A stretch of 64,000 bases of DNA, from contig OZ024742.1 in NCBI GenBank assembly GCA_964016885.1, positions 322,958,001-323,022,000 of the forward strand, read 5' to 3'. This DNA is from Eledone cirrhosa. Its lineage: Eukaryota. The translations under genes were made by a program, and so were the position numbers. Numbering within the stretch: the first letter of the stretch is position 1; each line of letters opens with the position of its first letter. Below the pieces are notes generated by a model. The model was not told where the DNA came from. It was given only the letters and a program-made list of their open reading frames with translations, and ran no database searches. Positions 13,401 to 25,772 of this stretch are shown here, piece after piece.

Positions 13401-16400
13401 AGTCCTATGCGAGCAAGACAATCACTCTTGCCTCAAGTGGGACTACCCCCGTCCAAACCCATGCAAGCGTGGAACACGGACGTTAAACGTTGATGATGAT
13501 GATGATATATTGAAATAGAAGCTTTATCATAACATTGATTAAATATTATAGTCTAATAATGGGGCGTATTATTTAGTCAATGTTATGACAAAGCTTCTAT
13601 TTCAATTCCAAACTTCACTCACCGCGTTCCAAACATACTTCTATATATTTTATATATCATCATTTTTATATCTGTTTTTCCATGTTTGCATGGGTTGGAA
13701 GGTTCTTTCTCAGCATGGCACATCTCAGGGATTCGAGGTCAGTTCTCACAACCTCTGCCCAGGTCTTTCTTTGTCTACCTCTACTGTGGCTTCCTTCCAC
13801 TGGGATTTCCTGATACTTCTTCACCCAGCGATCATTGTCCATCCACAGCACATGTCCATACCAATGTAGTCTTCTCTCTTGGATTCCTCTTAAACCCAGC
13901 TTCTCCCTCAACTCGTCCAAGCTCTGCCTTTCTCTCACACTAACATTGCACATCCAACAGAGCATGGTTGCTTTATTTCTCTCCAGTTTGCGCATGTGTA
14001 GTCTGTAAGAAAGTTTGATTGTGTTTTTGTTGAAGATGCTGTGGTAACAATGGTGTGTGCGGGGGCGGGATATTTATTGAGAAGTTTGAAGCATGTTCTT
14101 GGAATATATGCTCGTTAGCAGACAGGGTGAGATATACGGAGGGAGTATTCTTTGCCATGCCAAATTTTTAGTTATGTTGCTTGAGTGGTTTGAGTATCAT
14201 TGTGTGTAATGTAGGTTTTCATTGGGTTTCTGGAAGGGGTAGTGAAATTGGTACAGCTGATGAACGTCTGTAAGCTGACCTTAAATCCTAATTCCCGGAA
14301 GAACTTGAGATGTTTGCGAACCCAGTCCGTACTAGTGGGATTGTATCTCGTAAGAGTTACAAGCTCGTCATCTCTATACAGGCCCCCTATGAGAGCAGGA
14401 AACCTTTCAGGTCTGTAACCTCCGCCAAGTCGGTTGCTCCCATACTAACATCAAAGGGTGAGTCTTGGGCCCTTTTTATCCAGGTGGAGTTTTCAAAAAG
14501 AGGATGGTCTTCCTAGCGGGAAGAATTATGTCAATTTCCTGATCACTAATAGGTGGTATTTCAGGCGTAATCTATTGCGGCCTCCAAGAGTGGTTTTGTT
14601 ATTGAGCTGTAGTAATTCTTGATGTCGAACTGGATAAACTTAGTATTTGCTTTGTCGGTGATATATGGAACTAGAAGATGATTTCTTGAGTACTATTCCA
14701 TACGCTGAGCCTTATATGGAACCAGAAGATGATTTCTTGAGTACTATTCCATACGCTGAGCCTTGCTTGTTGTTTAACCTTGGGTATAATTTTATCCAGG
14801 ATCCTTTTACTTATCCTCCCTATGTCTCACTTTATAAGCCAGATGGTAAGTTTGTGATTGAAGTCTGGTTTATGGTCTTTGGGGTTGAAATAAGGAATGC
14901 ATAAATCGAGAGGTTCAGTTTGATCTAAATTACTGAGGCTGGAAGTGATGTTGCATCCCTCCACATTTATCTCCTGGATCATACAAGGATCTGACTTTCT
15001 ATAGGTGGAGGTCAAGCTGTTCTTTATCAGGGAATTGTAAGTACCTGGATTGGCAAAATATAAATTGCAAAAGACAAACAGAAATAACAGAGAATGTGAC
15101 ACAGTACAATGAAGAAATGTATTATTAGTTGTACGCGCGATATAGTAGAAAAAGAGTCTTAACATTTCAGATGTTAGTCCTCCATACGGAAATAGAATGA
15201 GAAATTAAAGAAGAAATAGAAGGAATGAGAAGAGGAGCAGTGGCAGAAACAAAAAAAAAACAGGTCCATTATGTTGATGGCATTTTGTGTAAGACAATCT
15301 TGTTTTAAAAGGTGGTGATCGAGAGTATCTATCTGAAAGAGGAAAAAAAACGTTTTGTATATAGAGTTGTACATGTGTATGTATGTTTGTTATACGTCCA
15401 AATGAAGCTAAGAGGATGTGTGTGTGTGTATATATAAGTATAAGAGTTTGTGTGTATATAAGGGTGTGTGTGTTTTTGTTGGTCTTTATAAGCTGTAAGA
15501 GTGTGTTTCTTCAGGAGTACAAAAATTAGAGACAGGATCACAAAGGATAGATACAGAAAATAGTAGGTAGTCTGTACTAAAAAATCGAAAATAATGAGAG
15601 CAGAGAAGACAAACCGTTAGGTAGTCTGGGTAACGATTTTGGAATGCAAAGTGAAATGTGTGTATTAATGTTGATATTATGTGAGTGTGTATGTGTGTGT
15701 TTAAACGTGTATATTTTTAAAAAGTTTATAGTGTAAAGTATCAATGTTTGTGTGTGTTATGCATATATCCATGTGGTGTGTGGTTGTGAATTTTTATTTG
15801 TGAGTGAATGTAAGTTTGAATGTGTGTTTATTTTGTGTGTGTGTGGATTATCTGGCAGTGTTTGAGTATGTCCATGAGATGGGTGGATTTGTAAGTGCGA
15901 GTGTATGATTAAATTTTAATGTGTGTATGTTGAAGTTTATATTGTGTACATGTAAAGAATCTAACTATGATTTGTATGTAAGAGTGTATGTTTTAATGAG
16001 TTTGTGACATAGGATAGAGGAAGTATGTTTAGTGTGTGTTAGAGAGTATATGGCAGAGCAGATTATAGGGTGGTGGTGTTAGAGCTAAAGCTGCATGTAT
16101 GTCAGTGGGGTCTGGAACAGAGGCGAGATCGAGGAAATAAGTTGCGGCTGCAGACAATATATATATGTACACACACATACATATGTATGTATGTGTGTCA
16201 GGTCACTCTTGAGTACTACTGGTAACGGTAACCCAGTACAACCTGTTGCATGGTCAGGTCGTTGGCGACTAAACCGGGAACTCCACCAAGTTTACTTGGT
16301 GAGGAGGGTTATTTTGGACACCCTGCTGGACAAAAAACAAAACCTGACAAAGGGCGGAAGAACTTATAAGAGTCAAACAGCCATCCAAAAATGTGTAAAT

Positions 16401-19400
16401 ATGTGTATACATATATACATGTGTATACTTGTATGCAAATGTATATATATATGCGTGGGGACATAGAAATAATCAGGCTGGATACTCGATCACGCGGTTA
16501 AACCTCTGGGAGTGAAGGACCCCTAGCATGTGTCAGAGCATTCTTCTAGGAGAAGGCAACTCAGGAAACTGGGATAACTCCAACATAAAACCTGCAGTTC
16601 AGTAGTTACCGATGATGTTAATCTTTTCTTCTTTTCGGGTTATAGTTACTGTCTCTCAGAGTGGGATTGGCTCGGTGCACAGTCTTTCCTCACTTTAAAA
16701 AGAATCTTCACACACAAGCATTGCACGGTAGCATTAATTAATAATGGGGTCGATAAAATAAAGTACCAGTAATGCACTGGGTAATTGCTGGCCTTGTGCC
16801 TAAAGTGGAAACAATTAATTAATAATTAATAATTATTAATAATGTTATATTGTGCAATGGCCATACTCGATAACGAGGGGACAGCCATCATATATATGGG
16901 TAGATATACACATGTGTACACTCATCATCATGATCATTTTATGTCTAGTTTCCATGCTGACAAATGATAGACAGGTTATCACAGTCTGAGACTCTACTGG
17001 TTAGGTGACCATGTGTTGTTCATACATCCCAAATTTTGATATAGATTCTATGGCTGGCTGCCATTCCTAATGCCAACCACTTTATAGAGTGTACTTGGTG
17101 CATCTTTTGTGGCACCTGCAGTACAAATTCACACAGTGTATCATCATCATCATCATTTTACGTCCACTTTTCCCTGCTTGCAAGGGTGGGATGGGATGGG
17201 TCCTATTCAGCACAGCATCTCTCCACTTGTCACGGTCCTTCGTCATCTGCTCCATGAGTTTCAGCGATCTGAGGTCTACTCTCACCACCTCTGCCCATGT
17301 TTTTCGTGGTCTTCCTCTACTGCGTCTTCCTTCTACTGGGATTTCTTGACACTTCTTTACCCAGCTGTCATCCTCTATGCGCATCACATGTCCATACCAA
17401 CGCAGTCTCTTCTCCCGCACACTACAATTTATCCCTCTCAGACACAGTTTCTCTCTCAACACATCCATGCTCGGTCGTTCACGCACATTGACATTGCACA
17501 TCCAACGGAGTATGCTTGCTTCATTTCTCTCCAGCCATCACATATCCTCTGCAGTTGCTGCCCGTGTCTCTACCAGGCAGCATCGCGCATCTCACACAGG
17601 CATCGTATAACCGTCCTTTCGTACGCAGAAACCCTTCTTTGTCAACAGAGGAAGCAGCTCCCTAAACTTCTTCCAACCCGTCCTTATTCTAGATACTGCC
17701 ATGCTAATCTGATCACCTAGGTACCAGAAGCTATCGACCACTTCTATAGAACCTACTAATTTGACCCTTTCTCTAATCAGTTGCGCTAATATTCTCTCTG
17801 CCACTTTCATAACCTGATCCATCAGCTTTATGCCCCTATAATTGCTCCCCTCCAGAGCATCCCCTTTACCTTTGTAGCAATTTATGAGAATACTGCTGCA
17901 CCAGTCTTTGGGTATGACACCACCATATATAGCTTGATTGATGATGCGTGCAACCAGTTTAGTGCCTACTTGTCCTGATGCCTTCAGCATCTCAGCCTTA
18001 CAATTTTCCTTAATTGCCTCTTGGATCCTATATTCGTTAATCTCAATAGCTGGTCCCTCTGTCGGGTCTACTGGGGATAATTTCTCTCTCTCCCATTCGT
18101 TCTCCACATTCATCAGTCTCTCATAATAACATTTCCAGGCCTCCTTTTTTTGATCATTCGTGAGACTAAGTACACCGGCATCATTCCGGACACACTTATC
18201 TCCAACAACATCCTGATTTGAAGTTTGCAAATGGTTAGTGCACTTGCATCACAAAATTCAAGAAGCCTCACTGCTTCTTCATTTCTTGAGCCATAACCGT
18301 GCCCACCATGTACCCCAGTGTATCCATCCTTGAGCTGTTCAACATGACCATTGAAGTCCCCTGCTAGAATAACGATGTCTCAATCCTCTGTCATTGTGGC
18401 TGTCTGTAAAAGTTGTTCGTAAAAGCAGTCTTTCTCTTCTTTACCTAGGTCTGCCTGGGGACCATAGGCAGAGATGACTGTCAGTACTCTCTTGCCTACA
18501 ACTAACCTAAGTTTAATTATTCTATTACTAACTCTAACTACCTCTATTGTCTTATTGATCCATCTCTCAGCCAGTAAAATGCCCACCCCACCTAACCCAT
18601 CATCATTACTCACCCAGAAAAGCTTATAGCTAAGATGTTTGCCTGCAATTAGTCTTGCAGAGGCACCTCTCCATTGCACCTCTTGCACACAGCATACATC
18701 CACATGCCTTCTCTCCAGCATCTCCACTATCTCTCCAGATCTACCTGTTAGAATGCCAACTTTGAGGTGTGACATCTTCATATTCTTGTTCTTGTTCCTG
18801 TTATGCGATTGCTTGATGACGGTCAGGGGGTTCTCGCACATGGCCACACCAGCCACCCCACTACCGTGCGCAGCCCTAACATGGTTAGTTTACGCAGTTG
18901 TTGCGATTCTCATTTTATTGAGGCACCAACACTACCACTTTAGAGAGTGTAATGGATGTGTTTTATTGTGGCTCCATAGTAATCTATATTTTAAGAGTGT
19001 TTATGTTTACCATTTCATTGCAGTTGCTCCCAGAATCTATGAGTCCTACTGTAAAAAAACAAATCGCAGCATTGTTCTCTGGTGATTATATATATTCTTT
19101 TAAGTTATTACACGAAAAGCAACATCAGTTTGAAGCATTTGTAGATTCATCATAACCACCATTATATTGTTGCTAAGATCTGACAAGGAAGCATTTATGA
19201 AGTTGCTTGATCTGTTAGAAATGACAGTCAAATCTTGAAATTTAGAAACTGAGGTCCTTCAAATAAATCCATCAGTGTACAGGGCAGTTTCTTTCTGAAC
19301 TCATATGATCACACCTGTGACCCTATAATTTGCAATGATAGGCAATTTACCTAGAGAACAGGCTTGCTAAATACATACTGATTAAGTGTTCAGGGGGTCT

Positions 19401-22400
19401 AATCAGCTCAGCAAACTGTTCTCTCTAATGTTGACCTTACAATAGACTAAAGATGTTGGATCAGAACCAAGCATATGAATGGTCAGGATTGTATTTTCTC
19501 AATCCTGTGAAACTTCAAATAATGCAGTTCTGAGTCAAATTGTTAATACAAAAAGATATACTATACAAACACTTCAAAACATACCAAGTTCTCTTTTCTT
19601 TCATTTGTATGCCTATCTATAGGGAACAGTGAATTGGCAGAATTGTTCTAGCTCTGTGGATTCAAATATTGCCCCTGAACACCAGAAAAGGGGTGTCATA
19701 TTAGCTAAGAGTTGCAACCAATATATGGTTTAAAGACCATCTCCCTTTCTTAAAATGTCATCATCACTGTTTAATGTCTGGATTAAGTGGGCTGTAATGT
19801 TGTGAGGCTTGATCAATCAGGGTACCATGTCATGCTCATACATTGTTTTTTTAGCTTGACTTCTATGGCTGGAAATCCTTAATGCCAACCACTTTACAGT
19901 GTATACTAGGAATGTTTCTCATTGCTCCGGCACTAGCTGCATTACAGGGGTAGAACTACAACTTCATTGTTAGATCAATATTTGTAAAGACACAATAGCT
20001 TAGTAGATAATGTATAGGATTTACAGTTATGGGATAATCAGTTCACATACACTGTAGGTATTTAGGTAGGTTTCTTTGGGGCAAGACACTTTATTCCTCA
20101 CCCAGAATTTATTTGGGGAAAAGGGGAAACAGATAGCAAAATATCTGAGAAATGTGACCAGATTAACATATTTTAGGGATTTTTTTTAACCTACTTTTAT
20201 ATTTACCTGAACATTAAACTTCACCCTACTATGAAGGAGCCTCTACATGGTAATTTGATTTGCTAGAAATAAGTGACATCGCTATCAAATCATACTTAAT
20301 TATCATTAAAAGAAAGGAAGGACTCAATTATATGTATAAATTTTTTTAATGTTTTTGTCTCCCCTCAGAACGCTGTTATTTGCCTTTATATGGAGATGAA
20401 GATAATATGAGCCCACCTCGGGTAGGATTGCCCTGCAGTCCTATGTATACTTGTGATGTCTTCAGTCCACCTTTCTCTCAAGTGCCTTCAGTTAACTCTC
20501 CAGAGGGGTCACCACTCAGCTCACATATATTACCCAGTGTTGTCAAAGCATATGCTGGGCCAATGTCACCTGAACAGGTAAACTTCATCAGTTTTATCCT
20601 TGCTTTCTTCTTGCCCTTACTCCCCTCTTATCTTTTTGCTTTTTATCTCCACCTATCCTTTTCTCCAACTATTGCACACATTTAAGTTGTGAGCTCAACC
20701 CATGCCAAGATGTTTATTATGTAAACAGATAATGGACCTGAAATAACTGTATCTTAAACTATTGGCTGTGAGCTCTATATAATTATGTCTAGTTGTTGTT
20801 AAGTTAACTCTCATTGAACTTGACCTAAGAGCCATAAAGTAGTCCGTTGAACATTTAGGTATGATGTTTGTTTGCATTGTCTTTATGTCTGCTTTTCCAT
20901 GATGGCGTGGGTTGGACAAGACTTTTTGAGGCAGTTTTTCTATAACCAAATACCCTTCCTGATGCTAGCTCCTACTTTATTTTTAAGTTTGATATATATG
21001 TTCATCCTCACCAGTCTGGTTAGATAGGGACAAGAACAAATCTCACAACTTGCTTTAACCCTTTAACATTTACATTACTCTCTATTTACTATTGCACTTT
21101 CACGGTAAACACTTTATCTCATAATTATCTCACATAATATCGAATCTACAAGATTTTGCTATTATTTAGTTTGAGAATGATACCTTAACATAAGCATGAA
21201 CAGCCAGTTAAGGCTGGTTTGAACAGAAAGAGGTGAGAGAATTTTAGCCAGATATGGCCTGTTTAAATGCTAAAGGATTAAACAGTATTGATATGAAAGC
21301 ACACGCATATGTATATTTATAACTGTCTCTCTGTCTTTATCAGGCTAATGATTTCAGAAAGAACTGGAAACCATCTCGAGATAAAGACATTCTTGATGAT
21401 ACAAGATCTGACCAGGAGAAAGGATATGAACGATTAGGACGGTAACTGACTTCTTTTAACCACTTACACCTACCATCTCACTCTTTCCCTTTCCCACACT
21501 CACTCTCACCCTCTCTCACTTATAGAATCAGGTACCATGGTGAGGGTACAAATATCAGAGATCATACCTAGCTCTGTTGCTCAGATGAATTACTATTATT
21601 TTCATCATCACCATCACCAAAACTGATATCATTTAAGCAGTGGATTGGCAGAATCATCAGAGCATCAGAAGAAATGCTCTGTAGTGTTTGTTCTTGCAGC
21701 TTTACATTCTGAGTTCAAATCCTGCCATGGTCAACTTTGCCCTTCATGCTTCCAGAGTTGATAAAATAAAGTAATAGTCAAGTACAGGGATTGGTTTAAT
21801 CAAATTTCCCTTCCTAACCAAACTACTGGCCTTGTGTCTGAATTATAAGCAATTATTATTCTCATCAACATCCTTTCATATCCATTTTACATGGGTTAGA
21901 TGGCTCTTTTTCAACACAGCATCCCTCTACTTGCGTTCTTTCATCATCTCTCCAATGAGGCTCAACAAGTTGAGATCAGCTCTCAACATTTTTGAGCAAA
22001 ACTTCATTAGTCTTTCTCTACTACATTTTCCTTCCACTGGGATTCTTTGGCACATTTTCACCTAACAGTCATCATACATATGCTCCCTGAAATTTTTCTG
22101 TCCTGTTCTTATTCTAGCTACTATACTTTCAGAACAACCTCCTTCACTGCTAATTAGGTCACCTGGATAACAGAAGCTATCAACTACTTTTAAAAGTTTA
22201 TTTTACTGATATTCTTGCATATCTTAATCACACAACCATGTCTGCACATATACAAGAATTTTACATTGTTATCTTCTTCCATCCCCTTTAACATACTGGC
22301 ATTAGTTGGACTGGTCATCACAATCCAAGTTAGTCCTTATGTGAAATGACTGCCCTCCTAAACAGGTTGTGGACCACACATTCCATTTTTAGCATAGTCT

Positions 22401-25400
22401 CTACAGTTGGATGTCTTTTCTAACAATATCCAATTTACAGTACATTGGCTTCAATTTATTGTGCAATATGTTTTGTCTCTTATCCAGAGTTTTTTAATAT
22501 CTAGATTCATTTTTATGCCATCCTGCCTCTCCCTGCTACTGTTAATATAGTAGATTGCTTTTATCCAGAACACATCAATATTTGTTTCTTTCCATTTTTT
22601 TTATATTGATGAATGAGACCCATCTTTGTTCCATCCTGTTTCCCCATAATGATCTGCTCTTCTCCAAAAAACACTTCTTGTCTCTTTCCATTGTCTCTTA
22701 TTCAGTTTTATTATTCTATTATCATTTTGTTTGCTAAATTGTATTTTTCTGATAATTAAATTATTTTTATTGTTTAATTATTTGTTTATTTTTTTCTCCT
22801 TTCTTTGTCTTTCTGCAGACAACTTGCTCAGAAATACAAATTGGGATGGCGAGAATATTGGAATTTTTTGGGTGTCTACACGGATATTTCTAAATCCGAA
22901 GGTCTTGAGAAACTAGAGAACTATCTCCAGAACCAGTTCTTAAGATTTAATGTCCATCACAGCCTGGAGTCTCTTCAAATAACTGACAGCATTACTTCGG
23001 CCAAAACTATTGAGTCACTAAAAACACTCAAGAACGTGTTCGCAGTTGACACCAACAAAAACCTGTCTGGATATAACCAGACATCAATACCCAACGACAC
23101 TGATGTACAGCAACAACAGCAGCAGCAGCAAAATACAAGTGAGGAATCAGTACAAGATCTGGACCAAAATAATTCAGTGGTGTCTGATAAAGAGGAAGAA
23201 GAGCAAGGAAAAGAGACCCAATCTAGCAAGATATTCAACACGCTCAAGCACTTTAAGCATTTCAAAAAGCAAACAAATATGCCAAAGGACATCAATGATA
23301 TCATGGACCAACTTGCCAAAGAGTTTGGTACGAAACTCGTGATTGTTGGCAACAACCAGGAACAGGATAGTCTTTTATCCAGTAATACATCATGGATGGA
23401 CAATGTCGATACGAAAGACGACCACCATCATTCTGTGTTCACCACACTGATAAACTTTAGTGATGTATACAACACTGTCCTAGATAATCAACCCCTCTCT
23501 ATATCTCTAATAAAACCTGAAACCTCCTCCTTATTGCCAATGTCACCAAGTAAAGATAACTTGACCCTGCCCATTGATACCGTCCTTTTAAATATTTCCT
23601 CACCAAGTGGTCTCAACTTAGCAGTCCCAGCCAAACCAGCTAGATCACCACCAAAGTCTAGAACTAACTTACAAATATATATTAATGGGTAAGTTACATT
23701 ACTGCTTCATATCTCTCTCTCTCTACCTATCTATCTATCCATTTATCTGCCTCTCTCTCTCAAGTGTACTTTTCATATCTGTCTCTTGTCTCTTTTTTCT
23801 TGTGTACCTTTAGTAGAGTCCACTCTGTTGCAAGCATTTGTACCAGCACTCCAGTTTGAGGATACCCACCCCTCTCCCTTCCACCAGCCTCGGAGACACT
23901 GAAAACGGTCATAAGCATTGCCCTCTCTCTGACTAAGCAGTAAAAAAAATTCTGTATCTAAAACTACATTATCTAAAGTACTCTGCTTTTTCATTAGATG
24001 GTAAGATGTAATTTGAGGTAAATTTGGTTGTTATTTCTAACAGGTTGAATGACAAGAATCATCACCATTTAACATCCATTTTTCCATGTTAGCATGGGTT
24101 AGACGGGTTGTCCCGTTGTGAGACAAGTCAGATCAGATGACTGTCTCTTGCTCATACAGAACCAAATGTTAAACTGAAATGTTTAAATGTTTTCTGTTTA
24201 CAGGACTGAACCAAGCAAGCTTGACTTAGATGTCTACCGGTGTATTAAAGACACAGACCTAGACTCCCGGACATATCCTTACATAAACAAGTGGTATCAG
24301 AAAGTGAAGTCATTCACAGCTGATGAACAACAAACGTAAGCTCCACCTCATGTCTCTCACATCATCATTATCATCATCTTGCTTGTTTCAAGCCAGTCAT
24401 CATCTCCATAACCATTGTCATTAATATTGTATCTTTACGGTGGTGGATTGGCAGTATTGGTAGAGCGTTGGACACTATGCTTTGCGGCTTAGAGTTACGG
24501 CCCTTTACGTTCTGGGTTCAAATTCTGCTCATGTTAGCTTTGCTTTTCATCCTTACAGGGTCAATAAAATAAAGTACCAGTAATGCACTGGTGTCAATTT
24601 AATCGATTTTCCCCTTCCCTTCAAATTGCTGGCCATGTGCCAAATATAGACACAATTATTATTATTCTGTCTGATGTGCTAACACTACTGCCATGCTGTT
24701 GATAATGATAATGATGATTGTTCCTAACATAGGCACAAGGCCAGACATTTTTAGAAGGAAAGGGTTAGTTAATTTAATTTACCCAAATTTTTAACTATCA
24801 TTAAAACACTGAAAATACCTCCATGAGATGTAACCTCATAGAAGGCCAGCTAAACCTACATAAGTATGAGCTGTAACAACCATAACACTTTACTAGTACT
24901 TTATTTTACTAACCCTTAAAGTTGATCTTGACAGGATTTAACTCTTTTGTGATCCTATTTCTAATGAAATGCACTCTATTAATGAAGAGTTTTAATTTAA
25001 AATGGGTAGATTTGTTTCACTGAAGAGCCGGCTTTGACCAGATTGGTATCAAAAGGGTTAAACTTGAAATGTAAAGAGCCATAACTAAATACTGCAAGGC
25101 ATTTTGTTCAATGCTCTAATGATTCTGCTAACCCATCATCCCGTTGTTAATGATGATGAGTGCCACTCAGAGATAAAAAAATCAGACAATGAATTGCAGA
25201 GGAGGATGGAAATAGAGCCAGTGGTGAATATCATAGAGAGAAATGGAATGAGATGGTTGGGTCGTGTGTTGAGTAAGGGTGATTGAAATAGAGCCAGTGA
25301 TGAATGTTGTGAAGAGAAATGGAATGAGATGGTTAAGTCATGTGTTGAGGAAGGAAGAAAGTGATTGGGTGAGAGTGGTGATGGGAATGAATGTGAAAAG

Positions 25401-25772
25401 AAGTAGAGGAAGGAGAAGATCAAGAAAGATGAAGCTAAATATGGTGGAGGAGGAAATGAATGCCAAAGGGTTGGTAAGGAGGTGGATACAGACAATAAAG
25501 TAAAATGGAGAAGCTTTTCATGGGTCTTGCAAAGCTAATCCCTGCTTTAACAGAGAAAATGGCCTTAAAATACTAGTTGATGATAGTGGTGGTGGGTATT
25601 TTCATAATTCTGTTAAGTTTTTTTTTTTCCTTTTTATTTCAACAGGTGGCGAAGTCCTGCCAAATCTTTCTCCTCCATCAGAAATCAAGGGCCACCATCA
25701 AGTCCTCCATGTTCACATAACCAACTAGGAAGTAGCAGCAGGAAGACCCTCTTTGGTTCTCCGAATCCCTGA
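920..25772 (+). CDS. ANKLE2: Ankyrin repeat and LEM domain-containing protein 2, 5'-partial, 10 coding exons: 920-1047, 3145-3339, 7169-7354, 12297-12419, 19024-19081, 20369-20577, 21344-21441, 22819-23688, 24204-24335, 25646-25772
   Basis: All exons have AG/GT boundaries and compatible phases, giving about 707 codons to TGA at 25770-25772. Motifs appear in ANKLE2 order: ARFKSF..EAxEF, NPYYLVSSGDTPPLLH, GARYNAFHIAA, YLNTPDKG, ETPLHFACK, AYAGPMSPEQA, DQEKGYERLGR, WREYWNFLG, EPSKLDLDVY, YPYINKW, WRSP. Confidence 0.93.
2886..2957. repeat. Near-perfect hairpin/palindrome
   Basis: attaatggtttgcataagagaaaccctaca...tgtagggtttctcttatgcaaaccattaat, about 30-bp arms. Confidence 0.9.
3145..3339 (+). 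CDS. ANKLE2: ANKLE2 exon
   Basis: cttcag|TTC...CAC|gtaagt, 195 nt, contains NPYYLVSSGDTPPLLH. Confidence 0.9.
3757..6065 (-). mobile_element. RTE-clade LINE, 5'-truncated and frameshifted
   Basis: Minus ORFs with GVHQGSVLSP, LLYADDL, QFGFVPGK and a PHD-like Cys cluster; (CAT)n on + marks the 3' tail. Confidence 0.9.
6067..6920 (-). mobile_element. Mariner-family transposon remnant
   Basis: TIR-like gttcaaaaagtatcc; minus strand encodes EDLCRRRVLAKLAPR (WVPR-type region) and a terminal GEYFEGD*. Confidence 0.75.
7169..7354 (+). CDS. ANKLE2: ANKLE2 exon (ankyrin region)
   Basis: tttcag|GTG...GGG|gtttgt, 186 nt, VGARYNAFHIAAK...YLNTPDKG. Confidence 0.9.
7429..7735. repeat. Diverged tandem duplication, about 155 bp x2
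   Basis: cagt..tct.agagaccc.ggtcaca...aacttcaataatt.tata at 7429 and again at 7584. Confidence 0.75.
8090..12264 (-). mobile_element. Near full-length RTE LINE (APE endonuclease + RT + PHD-like finger), mildly disrupted
   Basis: ORF 8743-11616 with CCIQETRW, SAYAPQ, GDLNGHVG, SQHRL, FVDLEKAFD, QGSVLSP, YADD; C-terminus continues in 8486-8686 after a frameshift; small deletion after TMNVGTLKGR; (GAT)n tail; 5' limit approximate. Confidence 0.93.
12297..12419 (+). CDS. ANKLE2: ANKLE2 exon (ankyrin repeat)
   Basis: ctgcag|GCC...GAG|gtaagt, 123 nt, ACETPLHFACKAGSKAVIEVLVNHP...NKFNKTPLE. Confidence 0.92.
12996..13505 (+). mobile_element. RTE LINE 3' end, inverted relative to 8090-8636
   Basis: IDGSHGIGRPRKTWDELINSDLTHLHLSKTMSLDRDLWRYSV, nearly identical to ORF 8486-8686, followed by the same 3' UTR and (GAT)n. 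Confidence 0.9.
13655..13995 (-). mobile_element. RTE LINE 3' fragment
   Basis: RRLHWYGHV...GRQRKTWAEVV. Confidence 0.8.
14000..15060 (-). mobile_element. Penelope-like RT remnant with an internal 51-bp tandem duplication (about 14663-14764)
   Basis: Minus strand reads KFIQFDIKNYYSSIT, FDVSMGATDLAEV and LYRDD. Confidence 0.7.
17139..18870 (-). mobile_element. RTE LINE with internal deletions
   Basis: APE motifs (CCVQEV, SAYGPQ), RT-proximal YRGIKLMD, C-terminal RLRWYGHV, (GAT)n tail. Confidence 0.88.
19024..19081 (+). CDS. ANKLE2: ANKLE2 small exon
   Basis: ttgcag|TTG...TCT G|gtgatt; its phase links the neighbouring exons. Confidence 0.75.
20369..20577 (+). CDS. ANKLE2: ANKLE2 exon
   Basis: cctcag|AA...CAG|gtaaac; RCYLPLY...KAYAGPMSPEQ. 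Confidence 0.9.
21056..21281. mobile_element. piggyBac-type MITE (second copy, inverted, at 38660-38872)
   Basis: TTAA-CCCTTT...AAAGGA-TTAA ends; internal sequence shared with the 38660 copy. Confidence 0.65.
21344..21441 (+). CDS. ANKLE2: ANKLE2 exon
   Basis: tatcag|GCT...CG|gtaact; ANDFRKNWK...DQEKGYERLGR. Confidence 0.9.
22819..23688 (+). CDS. ANKLE2: ANKLE2 large exon
   Basis: ctgcag|A...GG|gtaagt; WREYWNFLG, GLEKLENYL, then a long low-complexity linker with polyQ. Confidence 0.9.
24204..24335 (+). CDS. ANKLE2: ANKLE2 exon
   Basis: ttacag|G...AC|gtaagc; TEPSKLDLDVYRCI...YPYINKWYQKV. Confidence 0.9.
24438..24665 (+). mobile_element. tRNA-head SINE with Nin/Deu-type core (representative; related copies near 21637, 26655, 35085, 35390, 39345, 41380, 46972, 51478)
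   Basis: A/B-box-like head (ggttcaaat), core ctttgc.tttcatcctt...ggtc.ataaaataaagtacc, (ATT)n tail. Confidence 0.8.
25646..25772 (+). CDS. ANKLE2: ANKLE2 terminal coding exon
   Basis: caacag|G TGG CGA AGT CCT (WRSP)...TGA. Confidence 0.85.

Noticed and set aside
25175-25560. ORFs with repeated RNGMRWLGH (also 49080-49370)
   Set aside because: Degraded LINE 3'-end fragments with local tandem duplication.
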